Below are positions 1 through 8,577 of a DNA stretch of 64,000 nucleotides, in pieces. Source of the stretch: Candidatus Binataceae bacterium (lineage in GTDB: Bacteria; Desulfobacterota; Binatia; Binatales; Binataceae). The DNA is taken from contig JBGPUE010000010.1 in the NCBI GenBank assembly GCA_041491005.1, positions 178-64,177 of the forward strand. The letters run 5' to 3'. The translations under genes were made by a program, and so were the position numbers. Under the pieces are notes generated by a model. It had not been told where the DNA came from. It saw only the letters and a program-made list of their open reading frames with translations, and ran no database searches. Within the stretch, counting starts at the first letter, position 1; each line of letters starts with the position of its first letter.

Positions 1-196
1 CCCCAGGGGGAAGCACGATGTCTACATTCAGGTAAGTGTAATAGACCGCCACTGAGTGATTCGCAGCAGCAATGTGCGTGATTATGAGTCACGTGTGCTC
101 CAAGCGACTCCATCGTAGCAATGGACACCCTTGGCATATCAGCTTTGCCGACTCGGCATCAGTTGCTGTATGATTCACGCCGCCTAGGGGGAACAA

Positions 197-2293
197 TTGC
201 CCACGTTAACCGACATGCGCGCGCTAATGCGAGACCTCGCCGCCGAGCCGGCTCACAGTCAAAGACGGAGCAACCTTCCTCGCGACCAGGCACACTCACT
301 CGAATCGTCCGAAGCGCAAGAACAGATAGCAACGACAGATGACATGGCATCACGTCTGAGAGATTCCGAAGAGGAGCGCGCCGAGATTCTCAACCGCCTC
401 CAGTTTGCTTCACTGAGCCAACAGCATCTCGAGCAGCGAATCCTGGCCCTGGAGAACAGTTTTGTTTCCCGCTGCTTTCGGTCACTGGGCCGGGTCTACG
501 ATACCACCCGGGCGAGACTCGCCTACAAACTCGCCAATTCCCGCTTCAACCCTTACTATCTGAAGCTCAGGCGCACGGACCCACGAGGACGCCTTTACCG
601 GCAGTGGGCGCAGCTCGAGGAGGCATGCGCCCCATCACCCGAGTGGCATCGGCAGCAAGCGCATCGATGGCACTATCGCCCGCTGGTCAGCATCGTTACG
701 CCGGTGCACAACCCCAAGCGACAGTGGCTGGATGCCGCGGTCTCCTCGGTTGTCGGTCAAACGTACGATAACTGGGAGTTGTGCGTTTGCGACGACGCTT
801 CCCGCGAGGAATGGGTGGCCAAATTCCTCGACGCTAAAGCAAAGGCTGACTCTCGCATCCGGGTTGTCGGGTCAAACACGCCTATCGGCATCTCGGGCGC
901 TCTCAACCTCGCCGGAAGCCTTGCCCGCGGCGAATATGTAGGCTTCCTTGACCATGATGATCTCCTAAGCCCCTACGCTCTCCATTACGTCGTCGAGGCG
1001 CTTCAGGATTCGAACTTCGATCTCATCTACACAGACGAAGACATCGTGAACGAACAAGGAAACCGCATCTTGCCTAACTTTAAGCCAGGATGGTCGCCGG
1101 AGCTGTTGGCCGCCTGCATGTACATCAATCATTTCATGGTGGTATCGCGGCGGCGGCTCGATCAGGTTGGTTGGTTTAGATCTGAATGCGACGGCGCCCA
1201 GGACTACGACCTCGCCCTGCGCCTCAGCGACCTTACGCCGAGCGTTCAGCACTTGCCGCGCGTCCTGTATCACTGGCGTCGGCATGAGGGTTCGTCGATA
1301 GCTGATTCATCGGCGAAGCCTTATACTCACAACGCGGGGCGCCGCGCCCTCGCGGACGCCGTTGAGCGGCGTGGCCAGGACGCGGAAGTGGAAGATGGCC
1401 CGCGCCCGAACACGTACCATCTCAAATACCGGCCGTCCCGCACACCGTTGGTCAGTCTTATAGTTTGTTCGAGGCGCCACAAACTGCTTAGGCGCTGTCT
1501 ATCCGCGTTGAAATCCAGAACTGATTATCCAAACCGTGAAATCATCGTCGTCGAGCACTCGGGCGACGACGAAGCGATAGAGAAGCTGATCGAGCGCTTC
1601 GCGTGCCGGCGGGTTGTTTACTCGGCACCGTTCAACTTCTCATCAATGAACAACAGCGGAGTTGCGGTCGCCGAAGGCGAAGTGCTGGTCCTTCTGAACG
1701 ATGATGTCAAGCCGCTCGACTCGCGCTGGCTTGGCTATCTGGTGAGCCAGTTGGAGCGCCCTGAAGTGGGCGTCGTAGGCGCGAAGCTGCTCTACCCTTC
1801 CGGAGCGATCCAGCACGCGGGCTTGGTCATCGACGCGCTTGTCGGGGCGGCGCATCCCGGGCGCGGTTCCTTCACCAGTGGCTACTGGCCCTGGCTGGAT
1901 CTCACGCGCGATGTTTCCGCCGTTACCGGAGCATGCCTTGCGATTCGTAAGGACCTTTTTGAGCGGGTAGGTGGTCTGGACCCTTCGTTTCCGATGAACT
2001 ACAACGACGTAGATCTCTGCCTTAGAGTGAGGCAGTTGGGTTTCCGCGTTGTCTACGAGGCACGTGCTGTATTGTGCCACTATGAGGCCAGCACTCGCGC
2101 GCCAGGCATCGGCTACAAAGAACGGGAATCGTTCTTCGGGCGCTGGCCAGAGTCGTTCGCAAAGGGGGACCAGTACTACAATCCCAACCTTACTGCCGAG
2201 GCCGAAGTGTTGCCGGACTTAGAAGTGCTTCAACGGCGGGTCAGCGCTAGGCAAGTGACGGCGTTTTCTGGCACGCAGATCGCTCGATCCTAA
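197..2293 (+). CDS. Tandem two-module family-2 (GT-A) glycosyltransferase with coiled-coil-like N-terminus
   Basis: 698-aa ORF. Two GT2 modules each open with the typical first strand and an acidic DxD-type motif: VSIVTPVHNPKRQWLDAAVSSVVGQTYDNWELCVCDDAS...GFLDHDD and VSLIVCSRRHKLLRRCLSALKSRTDYPNREIIVVEH...VLLNDDV. The N-terminal ~100 aa are acidic and heptad-like (EEERAEILNRLQFASLSQQHLEQRILALEN). The true start among several in-frame Met is not resolved. Confidence 0.85.
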   Translation: MPTLTDMRALMRDLAAEPAHSQRRSNLPRDQAHSLESSEAQEQIATTDDMASRLRDSEEERAEILNRLQFASLSQQHLEQRILALENSFVSRCFRSLGRVYDTTRARLAYKLANSRFNPYYLKLRRTDPRGRLYRQWAQLEEACAPSPEWHRQQAHRWHYRPLVSIVTPVHNPKRQWLDAAVSSVVGQTYDNWELCVCDDASREEWVAKFLDAKAKADSRIRVVGSNTPIGISGALNLAGSLARGEYVGFLDHDDLLSPYALHYVVEALQDSNFDLIYTDEDIVNEQGNRILPNFKPGWSPELLAACMYINHFMVVSRRRLDQVGWFRSECDGAQDYDLALRLSDLTPSVQHLPRVLYHWRRHEGSSIADSSAKPYTHNAGRRALADAVERRGQDAEVEDGPRPNTYHLKYRPSRTPLVSLIVCSRRHKLLRRCLSALKSRTDYPNREIIVVEHSGDDEAIEKLIERFACRRVVYSAPFNFSSMNNSGVAVAEGEVLVLLNDDVKPLDSRWLGYLVSQLERPEVGVVGAKLLYPSGAIQHAGLVIDALVGAAHPGRGSFTSGYWPWLDLTRDVSAVTGACLAIRKDLFERVGGLDPSFPMNYNDVDLCLRVRQLGFRVVYEARAVLCHYEASTRAPGIGYKERESFFGRWPESFAKGDQYYNPNLTAEAEVLPDLEVLQRRVSARQVTAFSGTQIARS

Positions 2294-2408
2294 CCTGCGC
2301 ACGGGAAGCACGGGGTGCTCCTGCGCAAAAGATTCGTGATGCCAGTGGGCTGCGCCGAGAATTTGGAGCCGGGTCCAGCGGCCTCGAGAGAGGAGTCGAC
2401 GCTTCAAG

Positions 2409-5400
2409 ATGGCGAGCGACAGGCACAGCCCGAGCACGCAGGCGGCAGGTAGTCAGGGATTGGAGGTCAAGCCCGACGGTATCCGCGCTGACGGCGGTTC
2501 GGGGCGGCAGGCCGCTGCGATGCGATCCGAGATCGTTTCACCGGACGGCACGGAGCTCTCTCGTCTCTATAACGAGCACTATTTCCAGACCGGTTGCGGC
2601 CCGATCCCTTACGATCGCACGGAACCTTGGCTCACGTTTTTTGGAAACATTGCGGAACAGGTGATCCGTAGCCTCCGGCCGCGCAAGGTTCTCGACGCCG
2701 GCTGTGCGATGGGATTCCTCGTCGAGTCCTTTTGGGATCGAGGTGTCGAAGCTTGGGGGATAGACATCTCTCCTTACGCCATCTCCAGGGTTCGACCTGA
2801 CATGAGGCCGTTTTGCGCAGTTGGTTCGCTTACCGATCCGCTGCAAGGCCCCTTCGATATAGTCGTTTGCACCGAGGTCATCGAGCACATTCCCTCAGAG
2901 CATGAACGGACCGTGGCGGAGAATCTGTGTGCCGCCACCAGCACAATCCTCTTCTCTTCCACGCCCTCTGACTTCGCGGAGGCGACCCACTTCAACGTCC
3001 GGCCGCTTATCTACTGGCTGAGACTATTCTCCGAGTTCGGTTTCTGGCCAGATCTACTATTCGATACGAGCTTTGTCGCGCCTCACGCAATGCTGCTCAG
3101 GAAGAGCGAACAGCGACTGCCGGAAGAAGTGCTGGTGCTGTTCGCCGAGACCCTCCGTCACAAGGCGGCAATTCATGAGCTCAACACCCAGCTCGGTTCG
3201 GCAACCAGTGCATTGCAACAGGCGCGCGGCGATCTCGAAACGGTCCGAGCTCAGGAAGGGCGTGTCCGGCAAGAGACCGTGAGGCTCAAGCAAGCACTCA
3301 ACGCCGCCGAGCGCCGCCTCAGCGATACCTTCGCCAGCCCGGGCTGGAGAGTGATCGAGCGATACCGCGGCTGGGTTCAAAGGCAGCGACGGCTCCGCCC
3401 GCGATTATTCAATCGATACGAGAGAGTCGCGCTCTGGGCGCTTAGGCGGATAGCTCACGAACAGCGCCCAAGTAGACAGCCTGATAGAGGCCGTCGCGCG
3501 ACCGACCAACCTGTGACGCCCGACAACGATCCATCGGAGCCTCCGGCAAGTGCAATCGCGGAGGCCCAAGAACGTCCCGACCAAAGCATCTCCCGGTTCC
3601 TGCTGATCATCAGCGGCTGCCCAGGCGATGCCTACCGGTATCGCGTCGAGCACCAGGCGGAGGAGCTTCGCCTGCTCGGGTTGTCTGTCGAGGCCGCCCT
3701 ATTCGACGCAGTCGACTACACCAGCGTCATAACTCAATACAGCGCCTTTGTTCTCCATCGGGTGCCGCACACTTCAGGCATCGAGCAGTTCATCGATCGG
3801 GCAAAGAGGCTGGGCAAACCCGTTATCTTCGATACGGATGATTTGATTTTTAGCGAGAGCTTCATCGGAGACATTAAGGCAATACGTGACTTCGCGCCCG
3901 ACGAGTACAATCTCTACATAGATGGCGTGAGGCGCTACCACAGAACGCTCTCGCAATGCGCAGCCGCAATCGTTACCACGGAGCCTCTGCGCGACCGGGT
4001 CAAAGAGTCATTCCCCGATCGGCCTGTGTACGTCAATCGAAACGCCGTCAGCGACGAGATGCTCCAGCAGGCCGACTTCGCGCTCGAGCATATACCGAAA
4101 ACTGACGATGGTCTGGTCCGAATTTTATACATGAGCGGAACCAGCACACACAACGATGACTTCGCCCAGTGTGTTCCGGCGCTCGCGCGAATACTCGAGG
4201 CGTACCCGAACGTGCGCCTTATGATTGTCGGTCATCTCGACGTACCTGAACGTCTACGTAGCACGGTGGACCGGCTGGAGATTAGTCCGTTCATGCCATG
4301 GCAGGAATTGCCAGCGCTCATGCGCCGCGCAGACATCAATCTTGCGCCGCTCGAGCTGAATAACGCCTTCACGGAATGCAAGAGCGAACTGAAGTATTTC
4401 GAAGCCGGTCTGCTGGAGCTTCCGACGGTGGCCTCCGACCTGCCCGCCTATCGAGTCGCGATCACCCACGGCGAGAACGGGTTTCTGTGCCGAAGCGAGC
4501 AGGAGTGGTTCGAAACGCTTGAGCGGCTGGCGCTGGACCCCGCGCTGAGACGACGGGTCGGAAGCCGGGCGCGCACGGACGTACTCGCCCGTTACACAAC
4601 CCGCAGTCGTGCCCCTCAGCTCGCGACGGCGTTGCGCCGGATATTCACTGACCTCCGCCTCAATGCTCAAGGCCGTCTTTCTGTGGCGATCGTGATGCGA
4701 GCGCCTATAGCGCAGACGGGGGGAGGGTACCGGAATATCTTCGCCCTTGCGAACCATCTTGCGGCACGCGGACACGACGTACATCTGTATGTCGAGGCGA
4801 TTGCTCACCTCGAGGGAATGAACGATGCTCAGATAGTCTCGTTTTGTCACCGACATTTCGGAGAGAGTGCGGCTCAAATTCACGTTGGCCACGATCAGAT
4901 TCTCGCCAGTGACATTGCCGTCGCCACCAACTGGCCCACGGCCTATGCCGTCACCGCGCTCGAGAGCACGAGATGCAAGGCGTACCTGGTTCAGGACTTC
5001 GAACCGGATTTCTACGATCGGGTGGATCCGGCCCATGAACTGGCAGAACGGACCTACGACCTTCCGCTCAGGAAGATCACGTTGGGGAAGTATCTCCAGA
5101 AGCTGTTTTGCGAGCGTGACCGCCTGCCAACCCACCACATCCCCTTTTCCATTGACTCATCAATCTACCGCAACCTCAACACTCGGCCCCAATCGCCCGT
5201 CCGAGTCCTGTTCTTTGCGCGGCCGGGCCTGAAACGGCGCGCGTACCCGGTCGGCGTGAAAGCCTTGCGAATCTTGGCGCGCGCGTGCCCTGAAGTTGAG
5301 ATCGCGTTCTACGGTATGGTCGAGCGAGAGGAACTGGGGTTCGCCTATCAACACCTCGGGGAATTGTCCTCATCCGAACTCGCGCGGGAGATGAACCGCA

Positions 5401-6629
5401 GTCACATTCACCTCTCATTCTCCTTGACCAACATCTCGTGGGTGCCTTTCGAGGCGATGGCGTGTGGCTGCGCCGTCGTCGAAGCCAGGGTTCCCACCGT
5501 CGAGTCGTGGATGGAAGGGGAAGGCACCAACTCGCTGCTGGTTGACCCGGAGCCGAGAGCCGTCGCAGACGCTCTCATCACGCTCGTTAGAGATGCCGGC
5601 TTGCGCAAGCGGATAGCGGCCAATGGCGAAAAGCATGTAGCAAGGATCTCGTCGAGTTGGGAAGCGGCCTGTGCCCAGTTTGAAAGCATACTGCTTGACG
5701 CAGTATTCAAACAGTATCTTCCTACAGAGGGAGCGCTAATCACATCGCGAGACGGCCGCTTCGATGGGAAGATATTCTACGTACGCGGCGGGAGGCGTCG
5801 CTGGGTGCAGGATCTGGCACGGGCAGGGGAAGCGGGGTTGCGCACTACCGACGGCGTGTTGCGGCTGTCCGACGATGAGATAGCCAAGCTACCGCTGGGC
5901 GGGTACGTTCCTCGCGACTGGACGCTCGCTGATTGGAAATCGCCGCCGGCGACGGCACCGCTGCGCGAGATCGCAGCGTCAAGACTGACAGGCTCCGGCC
6001 TTGAGTTCGGAGCAGGCGACAATCCTTTCCCCACCCCATTGCACTGCGAGGTCCGCTACGTCGATAGGCTGCCACAGGAAGAGTTTGCCGCGCAGTATCA
6101 TCCAAACGAGAACATCGACGCCGTACGGCCTGATATGATCACAGGCCTTTGCCAAATGGAGGGCATTTCAAACGAGAGCGTCGACTTCGTCATCGCATGC
6201 CATGTGCTCGAGCATACGGCAAATCCGCTTCTTGCTTTGCGAACGGCATACTTGCGTCTGAAGCCGGGCGGCCAGTTGGTGCTCGTCATTCCGGACAAGC
6301 GCTATACCTTTGACCGGCAGCGCGAGCTGACTCCACTCGAACACCTGATTCTAGACTACGAGTCGCCCTCGCCTGACAGAGATCGTCAACATTGGCAGGA
6401 GTGGTACACGAAAGCCTTTCCAGTGTCTCCTGAGCAGATCGACGGATCAATCGCGTCTGCGTTGGAGCGCGACGCTGACATTCACTACCATACCTGGACC
6501 TACGAGAGTTTTACGGAAATGGTCGAATATGCGCGCCGCGACCTCGCTCCGTGGTCCGCCGTGTGGTCCCATCCTGTACGAAGAAATACCGAGGAGGGAA
6601 TCGAGTTCTACTTCGTCCTGACAAAATAG
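2409..6629 (+). CDS. Giant multidomain glycan-assembly enzyme: SAM methyltransferase - coiled coil - two GT-B (GT4-like) glycosyltransferase modules - second methyltransferase-like domain
   Basis: 1406-aa ORF. N-terminal class I MTase motif I VLDAGCAMGFLVESF and EVIEHIP. Heptad-like stretch HKAAIHELNTQLGSATSALQQARGDLETVRAQEGRVRQETVRLKQALNAAERRL, then SPGWRVIERYRGW. GT-B module 1 (VIFDTDDLIF, ILYMSGTSTHNDDF, SELKYFEAGLLELPTVAS). GT-B module 2 (GGGYRNIFALANHLAARGHDVHLYVE, WVPFEAMACGCAVVE). C-terminal MTase-like domain (GLEFGAGDNP, FVIACHVLEHTANP, LKPGGQLVLVIPDKRYTFD). The start could be the internal Met at 2520. Confidence 0.8.
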   Translation: MASDRHSPSTQAAGSQGLEVKPDGIRADGGSGRQAAAMRSEIVSPDGTELSRLYNEHYFQTGCGPIPYDRTEPWLTFFGNIAEQVIRSLRPRKVLDAGCAMGFLVESFWDRGVEAWGIDISPYAISRVRPDMRPFCAVGSLTDPLQGPFDIVVCTEVIEHIPSEHERTVAENLCAATSTILFSSTPSDFAEATHFNVRPLIYWLRLFSEFGFWPDLLFDTSFVAPHAMLLRKSEQRLPEEVLVLFAETLRHKAAIHELNTQLGSATSALQQARGDLETVRAQEGRVRQETVRLKQALNAAERRLSDTFASPGWRVIERYRGWVQRQRRLRPRLFNRYERVALWALRRIAHEQRPSRQPDRGRRATDQPVTPDNDPSEPPASAIAEAQERPDQSISRFLLIISGCPGDAYRYRVEHQAEELRLLGLSVEAALFDAVDYTSVITQYSAFVLHRVPHTSGIEQFIDRAKRLGKPVIFDTDDLIFSESFIGDIKAIRDFAPDEYNLYIDGVRRYHRTLSQCAAAIVTTEPLRDRVKESFPDRPVYVNRNAVSDEMLQQADFALEHIPKTDDGLVRILYMSGTSTHNDDFAQCVPALARILEAYPNVRLMIVGHLDVPERLRSTVDRLEISPFMPWQELPALMRRADINLAPLELNNAFTECKSELKYFEAGLLELPTVASDLPAYRVAITHGENGFLCRSEQEWFETLERLALDPALRRRVGSRARTDVLARYTTRSRAPQLATALRRIFTDLRLNAQGRLSVAIVMRAPIAQTGGGYRNIFALANHLAARGHDVHLYVEAIAHLEGMNDAQIVSFCHRHFGESAAQIHVGHDQILASDIAVATNWPTAYAVTALESTRCKAYLVQDFEPDFYDRVDPAHELAERTYDLPLRKITLGKYLQKLFCERDRLPTHHIPFSIDSSIYRNLNTRPQSPVRVLFFARPGLKRRAYPVGVKALRILARACPEVEIAFYGMVEREELGFAYQHLGELSSSELAREMNRSHIHLSFSLTNISWVPFEAMACGCAVVEARVPTVESWMEGEGTNSLLVDPEPRAVADALITLVRDAGLRKRIAANGEKHVARISSSWEAACAQFESILLDAVFKQYLPTEGALITSRDGRFDGKIFYVRGGRRRWVQDLARAGEAGLRTTDGVLRLSDDEIAKLPLGGYVPRDWTLADWKSPPATAPLREIAASRLTGSGLEFGAGDNPFPTPLHCEVRYVDRLPQEEFAAQYHPNENIDAVRPDMITGLCQMEGISNESVDFVIACHVLEHTANPLLALRTAYLRLKPGGQLVLVIPDKRYTFDRQRELTPLEHLILDYESPSPDRDRQHWQEWYTKAFPVSPEQIDGSIASALERDADIHYHTWTYESFTEMVEYARRDLAPWSAVWSHPVRRNTEEGIEFYFVLTK

Positions 6630-6764
6630 AGCGCGACCGGACCTGGCAAAGAACATTCTCCGCTCGCATTCTGCCACACTCGGCGCCGATGCTTAGTTGA
6701 ATGCTCGACGTCATACGATGACCCTCGCAAGCAATCGCTTGTCACACTTCTCAAAGGATAGAGA

Positions 6765-7499
6765 ATGATAACGCGCGCGGACTACCAGCGGAATAGGTTC
6801 GCTTTCCTCACCGGTCTAACGGACGTGAAGAAAGGCCTCGGTTTGGAAATTGGCGCCGGCGATCTGCCCACGGTCCTGCCCGGCGCCGGCAGATGCCTGC
6901 ATGCAAACATGTACGGCAAGAGAGATCTGGTGACGCTCTTCAATCTTCCTGCCGAGCAGGTGCCTGAGGTCAATTACGTAGTGAGTCGGCGGCAGCCCCT
7001 GTCGGAGCAGATTGGATTGCAAACCTTCGACTACGTTTTTCTGGCCCACGTGATTGAGCATGTGGCCGACCCGATTGGTTATGTCAAGGATCTGACAAAT
7101 CTCTTGAGACAAGATGCGCTGATCGTGATGGCAGTTCCCGACAAGCGCAGAACGTTCGACAATCCCCGACCGGCAACTGCGATTGAGCATATCCTCAGCG
7201 ACTATCACGAGAGAGCCATGTACCCGTCGGTGGAACACATAATGCAGTTCGCACCGTGCATCATCGACGAGCTCAAAGGCAAAGATTCGGTCGAGCTATA
7301 CCAATGGGCACAGGCCAACCACGAAAGTGGTGCGGCAGATGTCCATTGTCACGTTTGGACAGACGAAGACTTCTTCCGCCAAGTCGACGAGATCAGACGA
7401 GCTGGTCTTTGGACCGGGCTGACAGTCGTGGCCAAATGGCCGAACAGTGGTGACTTCAACGAATTCATGATCGCGTTGAGGTACACGGGAGGGCGATAG
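6765..7499 (+). CDS. Class I SAM-dependent methyltransferase-like protein, paralogue of the C-terminal domain of the preceding giant ORF
   Basis: 244-aa ORF. GLEIGAGDLP, FDYVFLAHVIEHVADP, IVMAVPDKRRTFD and VHCHVWT align by eye with GLEFGAGDNP, VDFVIACHVLEHTANP, LVLVIPDKRYTFD and IHYHTWT encoded at about 5990-6629. Confidence 0.7.
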   Translation: MITRADYQRNRFAFLTGLTDVKKGLGLEIGAGDLPTVLPGAGRCLHANMYGKRDLVTLFNLPAEQVPEVNYVVSRRQPLSEQIGLQTFDYVFLAHVIEHVADPIGYVKDLTNLLRQDALIVMAVPDKRRTFDNPRPATAIEHILSDYHERAMYPSVEHIMQFAPCIIDELKGKDSVELYQWAQANHESGAADVHCHVWTDEDFFRQVDEIRRAGLWTGLTVVAKWPNSGDFNEFMIALRYTGGR

Positions 7500-7519
7500 G
7501 GGTACTGTCGGTGTTGGTG

Positions 7520-8330
7520 TGAATTGGAGTACATCCGCCAAGAATCGTGGCGCGGCGAGTTTCGCAAACATGCGCTGTTCGGCTTGAGCGCCCCCGGCCC
7601 TTCGGGCTGGTAGTAGAATGCCCACGATAGTCGCCCCAGTGCTGATGAGGTCGAGCGCCAGCCGCGCGCGACCACCTTGAGCAAAGCCAGATCTGGCCCC
7701 GGCGACGTGGGCGCCTGATTCCCGTTCAGGATGATGCGACTCACTCCGCCTCCGCAAGCGATTTCGAACGGAACTTCGAGTGGCGTGAGCTCCAACTGCT
7801 CAGGCGTTTTGGAATGAACTTCCATCGCTGAGTCATTCGTGCGACAAGGGTCGATGCTGATCCGAAGTCGCCCCTTCGCAACCACGACCTTCGGACAACA
7901 AGACGCAGTATCCGGTGGCGCTCGGACTCGTCGACAGACTTGAACCGCGCCATAGCGGCTCTCGCGCGCTCATCTTTGGACAAGGTCTTGAGCGTGGAGT
8001 CGATGACCAGCTGTTCCAGCTCGTGAGCTGCGACACGTGGCAGGCTACCGGCTTCTTCGGGCCGATGCTGAACGACTGCCTGACTTACATAGTAGCGATA
8101 GCGGCGGCCTCCCTTACTCGTATGCGGACCGATTCAGTTGTTCTTCTTAGCGCGCGCTCCCGCCTGATGCCCGTTTGCGCCACCTCGCTTCGTGATCCGC
8201 ATTGCAGCCGTTTGGACATCACCAGAACCCACAACGCAAGTAGTTCTTTCTTGCCAAGTCCGCTGACCAGATCTGTCGGCATTTTCGGCAACGAAGCCGA
8301 TCGCCGCCGATCAAGTCGACGCCGACGCCT
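7520..8330 (-). pseudogene. Degraded large serine recombinase (C-terminal half only, multiple frameshifts)
   Basis: There is no single long ORF. Three minus-strand frames together read recombinase-like pieces: RLQCGSRSEVAQTG; GGRRYRYYVSQAVVQHRPEEAGSLPRVAAHELEQLVIDSTLKTL (zinc-ribbon/YRYYV region, Cys positions lost); ERHRILRLVV; VVAKGRLRISID...PDLALLKVVARGW; LISTGATIVGI...AAPRFLADVL. There is an in-frame stop (AKKNN*) and at least three frame changes. The N-terminal catalytic resolvase domain is absent. Boundaries are approximate. Confidence 0.45.
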
Positions 8331-8577
8331 CTGAGGACAAACTCCGCACCCGCGCCGGAAAGCTTTGGAGTATCCGGACACATCGGCGCCTCCGATTCGC
8401 ACGATGCTTCACCGCCCTGCCACCACGACCTTCATCGTTATAAGACTTTAGAGATAATCTTAATAATTCATGAGACGTCATAGTGGGTCAAGACCATCGA
8501 GTCTCCCCGGTCGCCGCCAGAGCAACTAGCGCCCTGCCGGTCACCACATGGCGACGAGGTACGTCTCGTTCCCTCGA

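Noticed and set aside
121-353. Small overlapping ORFs at the extreme left end (121-342 plus strand, 159-353 minus strand).
   Set aside because: They overlap the start region of the GT2 gene, and there are no supporting motifs or RBS.
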